Position numbers and translations under genes: made by a program
NCBI GenBank assembly: GCA_965644295.1
Contig: CBFFRP010000406.1
Location: 248,001 to 312,000 of the forward strand
Direction of reading: 5' to 3'
DNA from: Paraphysomonas bandaiensis
Taxonomy: Eukaryota > Protista > Chrysophyceae
Length of the DNA: 64,000 nt
Notes under the pieces: model-generated
What the model was told of the DNA's origin: nothing
The model's input: the letters and a program-made list of their open reading frames with translations, nothing else
Databases searched by the model: none
In this document: positions 52,330-64,000 of the stretch, in pieces
Numbering within the stretch: position 1 is the stretch's first letter
Layout of the letters: each line of letters starts with the position of its first letter

Positions 52330-54060
52330 ATGAACTCTGCAGTATTAATGGTACTAGGAACGTCACCCGTTCCCATATATCCCGTGTAGCCAGGTGTGTT
52401 CCTGGTCATCACCTCAATGTCTTCTATAATATGTATTGATGGTACTTTCTGCTCCATATGGGCTCTGCCTGCAGCTACGAGCGACCGATATCCGACAATG
52501 ACACTCTATCTCTCTATCACTCTGGTTGTTTTGTACAGTTGTACAATGGAATGTCTATGTAAAATGTCTTAATCAGGTGCTGGTAATCGTCAACTGTTTT
52601 TGGTTTGGGTGCTGTCGGTACCAGTTGTGAGCTCTGCATTCTGTTAAGCGACTCTAGACGAAGATGTATACATGCATCCTCCATCAGATAAGGAGCTGAG
52701 CAATGGATGGTATTTCAAACTACTGGTTAAAGCGATATACTGTCTAAGATTCTCACCAAGACTGTGGAATCGACATATATAGACTAATTCATCAAATACA
52801 TGCATATAATAGCATACGTACTTGATACCTGTTTCTACATTCGGTGGTATAATGGAAAACTATTATTGCTCTTATTGTATACAGATGACATTCATCATCA
52901 TTGCATCTATAGACCTCGATTTCTAATACTTGTCAAGGTCAAGTTCTGTAAGACATTAAAGAGGGACATGGGAGAACTACAAGAGCTTCCTAAATATTCG
53001 TATCACGAGAGGTGTACAGCGGTTCAAATAGGATCAGACACAATATGCGGAGAACGTGATTGAGAAATTTAAATCTGTCATAAGACATAGCAGGAAGAGC
53101 AAGGAAGCGCAATCACCATCCAATGCGGACTATTTGCTGCAGAAAGAGAGCTTACATCAGAACAGGAGAAATGGATATCAACGTTTCCATATCACAGTAT
53201 CATAGGACCTATTCTATATCTAGAACTTCATACAAGACAGATCTACTAGCCAATGCTATTGGATTGCTGTCGAGATATAGTAGTAATGTAACGCATTTAT
53301 TTATTGAAATAACTGCGAGGAACAACGAATAAAGGAATCAAATTCAGTGGTAATAGGTTCAGCGAAGTCGACTGGGCGGGCGACATACTCACAAGACGTT
53401 CAACTACATGATAATATATTGTATTCTTGTGTACTAATTGAGCAATTGCATGGCAATCAAAACAACTAACTACGGCTGCAACTTCTAGCATGGAGTCCGA
53501 ATATATTGCTGAGTATGTAGCCATGCAGAAGCTGGTGTGGCTACAAGGGGTGTTACGTGAACTAGGACTATCGCTGACGCAGCCAACTCCACTCTTCATG
53601 GACAGCAAGAGTGCAAAGATTTGTCGGAAAACCCAGTATAGCACGAAAGATCCAAACGTATCCAAATAAAATATCACTGGGTCCGTGAGGATGTGAATGG
53701 TAAGTTTCCTACAGCAAGGTTGGTACATGTCTCAACAAGCCGATATATTCACGAAAGCGCTATCTTCAAAGCTGTTTAAGCTTCACGAAGCAATGGTTAC
53801 AGGGAAGAAGAGGAGTATTTTAATGAAGTAGAGGTGAGCCAGAAGAGTGCTCTAGGAGAGGTTAGGGTGTGTTTTAGGTTAGGGTGTGTTTTAGTGTGTA
53901 TGAATCCCACATAACTGTGTTACAGCGTGCGTGAAGTTCACAGTAGATTTATGAAGATTTCACATCCGTTTATCCTATATCATGACCAGATTCAGAAATA
54001 TATAACTGTAGTATAACGATGATTACCCATTTTTACATTGAACGGGAGTGTTGGAATACG
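52330..54060. mobile_element. Degenerate, internally inverted copia relic of the same family as 25209-30715
   Basis: ~52340-52640 (minus strand) matches the integrase tail LYKTTRVIER..YRSLVAAGRAHME. ~52660-54060 (plus strand) matches RT/RNase H (LDTCFY, YTDD, WQSKQ..ATSSMESEY, DIFTKAL), the 3' region and the PPT/LTR start. Many stops and frameshifts. Confidence 0.9.
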
Positions 54061-54449
54061 TATGTTTCTCTAAGGTAGTACTGTAATCTAAGAAAATAAT
54101 AACCATCTATCTAGTCTAACAAAATAACTTTTCTTTAACGACCTAAACAAGCTAAATGTTCAAAAGCCAATACTTTTATAGAAGCGAAACCCTAAAAATA
54201 ATGTATATGTGCTTCAAAAATTACTGAAGGTTGTCAACTAGAATTACAAACGCAATGTATTAAGAAATGGCCTTAGTGTATAGACACCACTAATACCATA
54301 TATCTAGCTCCAAGAAATCGAAGATATACTATCTATATCTTCATACCACTCAAACTGCATCTAATATATAATAAAAGCTAATTATAAGTGAAACGTTTCA
54401 TATTATACATATCGTTTATTCACAAGTGTCATATTATACACATGGTTGT

Positions 54450-57357
54450 TCACGCCACAGTCACATCCTTTACCAGTTGCAATGACTCGCTACATATATT
54501 CCGCAAAACATGATCTGTAGTTTCAATTTTTGTGGCACAACTAACACCCTCTGGAAATCTCTCCGGTAATTCATGTGGAAACACTAGACCACGCAGGCCC
54601 GAAACAGTTTGCAAGTCCAAAAGTGGTGCATCCATTACTGCGGTTTCGTTATCATCATCCACCACTTCAACCTCCTGGATTGCGTCAAAACCAGGTGTAT
54701 TCTCTTTTATAACGTTTGACAGCGTATTCTTAATACATATATCAGCTAAATAGGGTAAATTGGCACAAAATGAACCTTAAGCTGTTGTCGTTTGTTGATA
54801 CTCTGCTCTATAGAATTATGACATACTAATCGGTATATAAAAACCTCTCTTGTTTGCCCAAGTCGCCACACTCTTCCAATTGTCTGACGTTGGTGTTAGA
54901 GTTATTGTTACCAGATAGATCCGAATATACTTACCTGTTGATCTGTAGCAGGATTCCAATCTATATAGCCAATGTTTTAAATATATATGTAGCTGCATAG
55001 TCAGGTGTCATACCTGGATCCAGTAGAACTAACCTATTAGCCCCTGTGTATATGCATACCAGTCATAACAAGCAGTAATAAAATGACTGCTTGAACTAAC
55101 CAGTAAGTGTCAGGCCCACGCCACCAGCCCGAGTGGATATAAGCATGACGATGAACGGTGAACTGTCACTAACAACAAAAACAAGTGGTAATAATAACCA
55201 TGAACTAGGTAAAACAGTGCCGCATACCGGTTGAACATATCCACAACACGCTGTCGAGCGTCTGCCGTCACGCTTCCATCTATCCGCAGAGCTGGACACC
55301 CACAGGCCTTTGCCACAACCTACGATTGCACAGCGATGCATACTGACTAATCTGAAAAACAGAGAACATGTACACCACCTGCGCATCATCTAATGTTTTC
55401 ACGTAATTCGAAGCCACTACTATCTTCTCGGACTGGGGTCGGCTAGTTTTCTTTAGAGCTACCAACATACTCCTGAGTATCTGTACAACAAATGACAAAG
55501 CATATTGAAGCCCTGTAGACTTACCTGGAACTTAATAGACCTCGTCAATATATCCGAAATTGAGGAATTCTTGTCACACGTATCCGCAGACTGCTCATCG
55601 TTTACCGAATTTAACGACAGGGTTGTACATGCACTCTTCATTCTTCCAGAGGAACAGATAGTTCGAAGACGTTGTAGTGCAGGAAGAATTAGAGTAGTCA
55701 TTCTTGCAGAATCGCTTTCCGTATTGTTAATTTTTTGACGCTTCCTTACGGATACATCTGACTCATCGTTTTCACAAATCTGGTAATTCTCATTTTCACT
55801 ATCTAAATGGCCGACGATATCGGAGCATTCACAACTCTTTATGACTTGATCGGCGAACGCCAAGTAGCTTTCCCGTTGTTGTGCCGTCATATTGAGCGCG
55901 ATTGTGAACTGAGTTTTACGTGGTAGTACATCCCTTAAAAGATGGTCACCTGTACGGCGCAGCAAAATATTGGCGATTCGATCTCGAAGACTTTTCTCTG
56001 CTTCTTCCGCCTGTACATTCTCACTTAGATCGCGACTTCAGAACAAGTGGAAAACATATAACGCATCTCTCTAAGTGGTTAAAATCTTACCTTCGTTATG
56101 TCTTTATGGGTTGCAGAGGGATGCTTTCCAGCGCAGATCGGGTCTGCGTACTGAACTTGATATTCCCGAAGAGAGCCAAGGTATCCTGGTGAAGCAAAGT
56201 TTACGACAGCGAAGAGCTCGTCGAGATTGTTTTGTACAGGCGTTCCAGTGAGTACAATGCGTTGCATGGCGATACAATTTCCAAGCGCAAGAGTGGTCTT
56301 CGTCCCAACTGCGTTCTTCAGTCGATGTCCTTCATCCGCGAGTAAAGTTGAAAGTGATTGAATTCCATTCAGTTCATCGGCAAACGACCTATCATATATT
56401 CAAACTGCTATTGTGGAAAGCGATTGGTGACAAACCTACCTGAACATTTCGTAACTAGTCACCAGCAAAGGGTGTACGGATGGGTGACTCGAAGCAAACA
56501 GTCGTATCAATGCTCGAGGGCCCTAAAAGTGATGCACGCAATCTGATGTCCCACAGACAATCATAGTAACAAGTACATACCTTCACGTCACTTGTACCTT
56601 TGCCGCCAATGATGAATAGCGCTGTTCTCGCCAGCGTCCTCGGAAGCCATTTAGTTATTTCCTTTCTCCAAGTCTCCACCAGGGAAGACGGACATACCAC
56701 AACACCCTTTCCTCGACCATGACGGCAGAATGCCCATATCACACTTAGTCCTACCAGCGTTTTACCGGTTCCCATGTCGTCAGCTAAGATAGCTCCGGTA
56801 ACTGGTATGTCATTTGTTGTTTCCAATGGGTCCTGACGGCCGTCACCTTGGAGCCTTCGCAGAATAAAATGTGCAGCTTCTATTTGGTATGGGCGCATAA
56901 CTCTCATCAGCACCGGATCCAATTGAACGGAACGTTTCTCACTAACATGCTCATGCATCCGGAACTGTTCATCCACCCCATTCCGTTGATAAGCATCTCC
57001 AGAGTTCAACGAACGATCTTCGCAAGCTACCTCTGTATGAGCACCATCTCTAGCAGTCTGATTCAATGAACAATCTCCACAAGACATCTCTCTACTAGCA
57101 CTATCTGTAGGCGCATGAGTCCCATTGGACGACACGGATCTCTCCTTAACTATCCGTATAACATATCCGGCTACACTCAGATCACTCCCAACCGTTAATT
57201 TAGACACAAAACTCTCTGTGACCTTCCCCTTCCTGACCGTCTCCTTCCTCTTGTCCTTGAGCCACACCCAGTGCGTGTCAGAGCAGTAGATGAGAGTCCC
57301 CTTAACAGACGAGCCGCCGGACTTCATATACATCACCGAGAAGCTCTTCACTGGCAT
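54450..57357 (-). CDS. RAD54: SNF2-family DNA translocase, RAD54/RAD54B-like (multi-exon)
   Basis: GAILADDMGTGKT, VVCPSSLV..W..EI.KWL, DEGHRLKN, LTGTPVQNNLDEL, RIDGS..RQ..VD.FN, STRAGGVGL.L.GANRLVL.DPDWNPA, GRVWRLGQ. Confidence 0.85.
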
Positions 57358-57660
57358 CAAGCTATTGATTCCTTGGAACTATTCGTTCAATGGGTCTCAA
57401 TGAATCACTCACACACAGGGGACCATCATATGTGTGTGTATGTGAGTGGATTGTGTCGTGTGTGTTAAGACCAGCATGTATTTGAACCACCATACAGCAG
57501 TATACTGCTGTATATTCTGCTGTATTCACTACACCACTATCGTCTTATACAAATACTGCACTTTTGTAGGACTTTCCAACATGAAAATCAGGCTTTTGTG
57601 TCTGGAGGGTGAAAATCAGTATCTTTTGCCATATCTTTGTCCACAAGGTCTAGAGGTGCA

Positions 57661-57862
57661 GAGCCCCAGTGCTCATCCCTTGCTTGACCCTAATGACCCA
57701 GAGGATGCTGTAATTTATTCCTCCGTGAGCTTCTTGACATCACCCAGTAGGCTACCGAGGCCTCCCTCCTGGACAACCACTACCTACTACCTACAACCAG
57801 TCAGGAGAGCCCCAGCACTCTCCCTTGCTTGACCCTACTGACCCAGAGGATGCTGTAATTTA
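57661..57862 (+). repeat. ~55-bp direct repeat, two copies (57661-57717 and 57808-57862)
   Basis: GAGCCCCAG..CTC.TCCCTTGCTTGACCCTA.TGACCCAGAGGATGCTGTAATTTA occurs twice. Confidence 0.8.
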
Positions 57863-58833
57863 GACCCGTCATAACACCTGCATTGTAGATAGGCAACCGA
57901 CCGGCAGTGATTTGGAAGGCCCATAAGGCAGAAATGGAAATCATCCATAAGAGAAGAGATAAATTTGACTTAGATAATCGGATGCCTTGATTTGATACTG
58001 TCTGTTTAGCAGATTGAGAAATAAGCACCAATAAAGACACCCTTTCAGTTATATTCACACTGTGGCATAAATTATGAGTTGGGTGGGTACACACAAGTCA
58101 ACGTGTCATTCCATATTTCACACTCTCTGCAGTGAATGGGTGTCGATTGTAAGATGACTTTCGTGGACAAGGTTTGTTACAAAGAGTTCCATTACCTGGT
58201 ACTGCATTCATCATTATTTATACGTTAAGTAATACCTGGTTTGGATAAGTAAAATGATGGCTAATAACAGTGGCCGTCTTCGACTGCTTGAAATTAATGG
58301 AATGTACGTGTGTTGTATGAAACATTTAAATGATGGAAGCCTTATCTCTGTTTTTTGAAAGCACAAAGAATGGTAGATTTACAAACTTGTCACATCATGC
58401 ATTTAATAATTGGTACTAAATGGAATGCACTTTTGTGTATTGGATGGTAGTGACGATTATTTATAATCCGAACTACATACTATAATGCATGTTCATCGTG
58501 ATTTGACTATTGAAAATGATTTAGCAGTTTTGAAAAATACTAGCCACCCGATTAGTACCCATCCACACTGTACCAGCTCTTTTATAAAACAAACGGTGCT
58601 TATAGTCTTACAGGCTTTAGTGACTGACAAGATGTCGTAGGGGTAGTGTTATAACAAAGAGCGGGTGTAAAGCGAACAAACAATAAAAAGATGTGATAAT
58701 TCACTATGTTTTTTAATAGTATACTATGAACTGACTTAGCCTGCATTACGTGCTGACGCAACGCATGGCTAAAACATATTTTTCATAAGCAGCAACATTT
58801 GATAGTACATTGCAACATGAGTAAATATCTCTA

Positions 58834-61800
58834 CTAGCGCCACCGGTCATTTTCACTGCCACGATTAGATCTGCACGATTCGCATGAGTACCACGAACAT
58901 ATATACATACTATTTTTATAGATACCTTCTGGAGTCAAAGCCCGACCCTGAACCACCCCTCATAGAGCCCCATCGTCCTTCATCCTCTGGTCCGTCTCTG
59001 GTTCCTCGATCATGAGGCGGTCTATAAGCACTTGGTGATGGTCTCGAAGAAGAGGAAACTGGTGGTCCTCTATTCCATTGGGCGCTTGATTTACTGCCAA
59101 GGGAGGAAGCCGGGGGACCATCTGGCTCGACTCTATCCCTAGCCTGTCTCCAGCCACCGGCTTCTTTGTGTATAGCATGGTGTTCCTCCTCCACCCGACG
59201 CGCAGCTTCCGCAGCCTTCAGTTCATCCTCTCTCGCCCTCGCCTCCAAATCTGCCTCCCGCTGAAGTCGCAGCTCCTCGTGTTGCTGCGCCTGGATACGC
59301 TCCAGTTCCAACTTTTGTTCTCTCTCCCTTTCGATCTCTGCCTGTTCCTCTCGCTGCTCTATCTCCTCATTATAAAGGAACCGGGCTCTAGCGACATTCG
59401 CCTTTCTATGTTCCTCCCACGCTAACTCACGAAGTTTTACTACATCTTCATCATACTTTTTACGCTGAGCAGTCACAACTATACTCTCATAGCCGGCGCG
59501 GAATTTTTTAATACGAAGAATACGCTTTTTGTCTTCTAGCATCTCCGCGTGCTTTTCCTTCGCACATGCAATCACATTCTCAACACGGGCGTCATAGTCC
59601 TTCTTCTCCTGCTCTACCTTCTCCTTGTATTTGGCACACATGATTTTACTTGCCTCGATATAGAAAGCTCGGGTGGTGAAATCCAGAGAACGAGCCTGTT
59701 CTGCAAGGCGCTTCGCTTCAGCCTCTTTTTCTTTCTTCTTTTCCAACTGAGCCTGGGCAAGTAATTCCCTCCGAGAACCTTCGTCCATATCACGCAGGGT
59801 GCTCTCCTCAACATTCTTACCAAGACTCTCAAATACTTTAACCATGCGCTGGATCTGCTTCTCATCATTATGCTTCTTTACCTTAGCCATAGCACGAATC
59901 TCTTCCTCCTCCTTGAGACGTCGATCCTCTTCAATTTTCCTTTGCTGTTCTTCATCTGCCTTCCGCTGTTCCACCAAAGCCATCTTCTCTCGCTGCAGTC
60001 TTTCGAACCCCTCCTTGCGACGCTCAATCACAGTCTTGCGCTCTAACATCACGCTGTGTTGGTTCTTCGATGCATCCTCTATCAGCTCAAGATATGCCTT
60101 TCTGCGCGACGCCATCACTGTGGCATCCACAGCTTTGCCAGAGATACGTTCTGCTACTTGTTGCAGTTTAGATCCAACCTGTGGCAGTTGGGTCTCAACA
60201 ACAGGAGCCACATCCACAACAGTACCAAATCTATAGCAGCCAGTGAAATGGTCAATGCTCATGCGAAGCTGGTGACGATTAAGACCTTCGACCAAAATTC
60301 GCTCGATGGTCACATAGTCTAAATTCAAGGGCGCAAATAATTTCTTGACAAAGTCGACCCGCAATGAGGTGTAGACAGTAGACAACTGTAAAGTGCACCG
60401 AAGAACTGCTACCTTCTGCAACGCCGAAGCATACATGCTTAACTGAGGATGGTCCTTGATGATAGCTAATACTGGCATAAGATCTTTGACAAGGGCAAGT
60501 GGACGGAAGCGACCCTCCACCAAATCATACAGAGACCTCAAAGAAGGGTCAACCTCTGAAAGCACACCCTTCGCCACAATTTCAGCAAGAAGTGCATGCC
60601 GGGTAGGGTTAGCCTGAAAATCAAGAAGCATAGCCATTTGCTGATTCTTTTCCGCAGACGCCTCCTCTTCCTCAGCCACGTTTTTCTTGTCGGAGACAGT
60701 AGGAATACATAAAGCAGAGAGCAACACACTCGAAGCCATAAGACTTTTTTCCTCGGGCTTGATGTCTTTGCGGTACTCACAACAGAGGGTGTAGTACTTG
60801 TACCAGGCATGAGCGTGGAAAAGGTGATTTTCGGATACCCAAAATATTCTGGTTAGTTTCTCATAGTAGGTAGCCATTAAACGGGGCTTTGGAGTCTTCT
60901 TCCCAAGTTGCATGATAGTGTAGATGTCCTCAACGGTGCGGAAGCCTTCGTTCCACTGCTCCATCGTGGTAGCGACTTCTAACTGATGAAATCGAATCTG
61001 CAAGTGGATTTCGATTGATTCAGGTGTCCATTCCCATACCGCGCGATTAGAGCGCGCAGGTTGCGAAGCATTTTTCATCAGGTTCGATAACTGCGTGCGA
61101 AGCATCTCGCAAAGACGGCGAAACTCGAGGGTGCGATGGTAGTCCATACAGAAAGCAAAGGCTTTCTCACTGGTTTTATGGTACACGCGATCCAACTTCG
61201 CGTTCTTGTGCAAAAGTTCAAGAATAGCACGGTATGTCTCCCACAAAAACTTCAGCCACGGGACGACCACTTCCCTATCTGTGCGGTCTTTGACACCTTC
61301 CACAGTCATAGTAGAAAGCATAATGCTTTCAGGAGTTTCCTCTTGATCAAGATCAGATACCTTCGCAGCAGCGGCCAGGGCAACTTTATTAGCCTTCACG
61401 CGAGCGGCGTTTGCCCGGGCTTCGGCGAGCTCCACAAGGTGCAAAATAACAACTTCGAGAGAGCCAGGTTCGGTCTGCACACCACTCGTTAGGAAACAAG
61501 AATATTTTCCTCACAAATGGAATCTATATATTGCACATTACACATATAATAAACAACACTTACACTCTGAGCCATGTTCCTGTATTGATGCAGGCCATCT
61601 TTGGCGGTCCTGTGGTCCTTGAGATCCACGCAGAGCTCCATGTGCCTCTTCATAATTTCCTCATAGACCTTCTGCCATGTTTTTTTCTTCGAGGAAATCA
61701 AATTATGCAATTGCTCCAAAGCATACCGCTTTTCCTTATCTGCGTTACTCCCCGTCGAACTACTAATCAGCTCTACACCATCAAATAATTACTACTATCT

Positions 61801-61881
61801 TTCCCAAGTCACCTGAAACTTACCGTCGACGCGTTTCAGCACGTTCTCCGGCTTTGGAGTGTTATAATTAGGCCGATGCAT
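58834..61881 (-). CDS. EIF3A: Eukaryotic translation initiation factor 3 subunit A (4 exons)
   Basis: KPENVLKR, ELCVDL..AKDGLHQYRN, DRTDRE.V.PWLKFLWETYR, EFRRLCE.LR, W.EGFRTVEDI, IFWVSENHLFHA; PCI region followed by a charged coiled-coil tail. Confidence 0.95.
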
Positions 61882-62253
61882 GATGATGTTAAGTTATGGA
61901 TAAAATAATGGCACTATGAAGCCCTTTTACTCAACCCACTGAACTAAATTCACGTACTCTGTCTTTTCTCCACTCTTCATATCACTTCCAACTTCATACC
62001 ATTCATTTGTGGATGTCAGCACAGATGCTGGACTGAAAAAATAAACCAGTATCTTCAGCGGGTGATACGTTTTCATTTTTTGATAATTTGACGACCATAC
62101 GGATGGTGTGTGTCCCGCACCATCTTTCACCATTGGCTTGTTTCCTATTAATCTATACGCACTGCACTGTGCATACAAGCAACTATTAGTTCTATCTCTC
62201 CCATAGTATATATCTGGTATTACATAATCCAGTGGACTTAACCGAGAAGAGAA

Positions 62254-64000
62254 ATGCCGAACATTACGTTAATTAGATCCCATTTATTCGAAGCTATTGG
62301 GCAAGAATATACTGACGAAGAGTTCGATGAGCTCTGCTTTGAGTTTGGTGTTGAGGTGGACGATGTAGAGACGCAGTTAATCGAGGTATTAGCAGTACTA
62401 TATCAATACATTCATCATTATGATCGTCTTGTAGTTTACGGGAGATGTGACTCGTGAAGAGAAGCATGTGGTGTATGTCATAGCTATTCCTGCCAACAGA
62501 TATGATCTCCTTTGTATGGAAGGGTTCGCTCGAGCTCTTCGAATCTTTTTGGGAAAGCAGCAAACGCCGGTAAGTGATGAATAATTATAATTTAAATAAC
62601 TGTGTTCACGGGTGTTATGTTTGTTACTGGTGTGTAGATTTTCAAGCGTATTACTCCGTCGAATAGGCAGATTATGACAGTTGAATCATCAACGAACTCA
62701 ATACGTCCATACTGTGTGTGTGCCGTGTTGCGTGGTGTAAATTTTGACAGTAAGCGCTACAAGAGTTTCATAGATTTGCAAGAAAAACTTCATCAGAATA
62801 TTTGCCGCCGACGAACGTACGTGGCAATCGGTACGCATGATTTGGACACAGTGCAGGGACCATTTAGGTATCGTGCCTTGCCTCCTCAAGACATAAACTT
62901 TGTGCCATTGACCGAGAACAACGGAAAAGCTTATTCCGGCAAAGAACTACTAGATTTTTATCGTGAAGATTCTTCAGCTAAACATTTGAAGCCGTTCACA
63001 GACATCATTTACGACTCCCCGGTATACCCCGTTATTACCGATAGCACAGATACAGTCTTGTCGTTGCCGCCTATCATTAATGGAAAGCATTCCCGCATCC
63101 AGCTACACACCACAAATGTTTTTATCGAATGTACAGCCACGGATATTACCAAAGCGAATATCGTGCTAGACACGATGGTGACAATGTTCTCTGAACACTG
63201 TGCTACCCCTTTCACCGTAGAAGAGGTTGAAGTAAGGTACGAGACCTCCCACACGGCACTAGTCACCCCATCTTGTCCCGCTGGAGACAGCCAGATTACT
63301 CCTCTTCTCTCCCACCGCCACTGTGACGCTAAAGTTTCTGAGATCAACGGCACTATCGGTGTAACCCTCTCTCCTGATGAAATCTGCCGACTGTGCGACA
63401 AAATGCAGCTCGGGCCTGCTGAATATTCTTCTGCCACGGACTCAGTGCGTGTGCAGGTTCCTCCCACAAGATCAGACGTCTTACACCCTGTCGATGTCAT
63501 TGAGGATGTCGCAATCGCTTATGGTTACAACAATATTGCTCAGGAAGTTCCGAAGACCCTGACAGTGGGCGCTCCCTTACCTATCAATCTCTTCACGGAC
63601 CTGCTGCGACAGGAGATTGCTAGGGCTGGATACATGGAGATGCTCACCCATGGTTTGTGCTCTATTGCCGAGAACTTCACAAACCTGAGAAGACCTGTGG
63701 GGCCAGCTGTGTCACTGGCAAACCCTGCAAATGTGGAATATGAGGTTGTGCGCACTACATTGTTACCAGGTGCTCTTAAGACTCTGGCCCATAACAAGTC
63801 TATTTCCCACAAAGATGGCGTTAGGCTGTTTGAAATAAGCGATGTTGTCGTTCCTGCGGACAACGAGGTTGGTGCACAAAATATCCGTAAGTTTGTCGGA
63901 CTCCATGCTGCCCACAGCTCTGCCTTCGAGGTCGTACACGGTCTGGCAGATCGGGTTTTTTGTTGCTCACAAATCATTCCCCTCAAACAGTATGCCGAGA
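62254..64000 (+). CDS. FARSB: Cytosolic phenylalanyl-tRNA synthetase beta subunit (3'-partial)
   Basis: YTDEEFDELCFEFG, IPANRYDLLCMEG, SFIDLQEKLHQNICRRRT.VAIGTHDLD, LSLPPIING, VPPTRSDVLHPVDVIEDVAIAYGYNN, VRTTLLPG.LKTL, LFEISDVV. Confidence 0.95.

Noticed and set aside
53860-53895. TTAGGG copies as telomeric repeat
   Set aside because: Only two copies, produced by a local duplication within the copia relic's 3' region.
44083-63986. Numerous antisense and alternate-frame ORFs over VPS13, RAD54, eIF3a and FARSB
   Set aside because: Shadow ORFs of real coding sequence, with no independent motifs.
1778-64000. Introner-like repeated introns or an alternative genetic code
   Set aside because: Introns inspected are unrelated canonical GT-AG sequences, and TAA, TAG and TGA all serve as terminators.

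Overview
Gene-dense eukaryotic nuclear DNA (standard genetic code; many 45-55 bp GT-AG introns; a stramenopile-like protist is my inference, not established). Protein genes: a highly degenerate Rab-like protein with a C-terminal F-box/SOCS-like motif and CaaX, an UNC-93-like MFS transporter, a membrane-anchored penicillin-acylase-like protein, TIM44, an intronless FNR-like oxidoreductase, a BioD-like/Pta-N-terminal protein, an MFSD8-like transporter, a peroxisomal-type SLC25 carrier, a coiled-coil protein, an EEP phosphoesterase, LRRC61-like, VPS13, RAD54-like, eIF3a and a partial PheRS beta. Mobile or repeat DNA: a very young full-length Ty1/copia element (identical 294-bp LTRs, AACAT TSD), a rearranged relic of the same family, two fragments of an RNase H-bearing non-LTR retrotransposon, two copies of a MITE-like element, and a 3-kb foldback structure with near-identical 1.1-kb inverted arms. 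Most interesting candidates: (1) the spliced pseudo-GTPase / F-box-SOCS-like / CaaX protein, which the ORF track splits into pieces; (2) the foldback element; (3) a bacterial-type domain inserted into VPS13; (4) a conserved extra integrase-tail domain in the copia family. All exon structures and alignments were read by eye and need computational confirmation.
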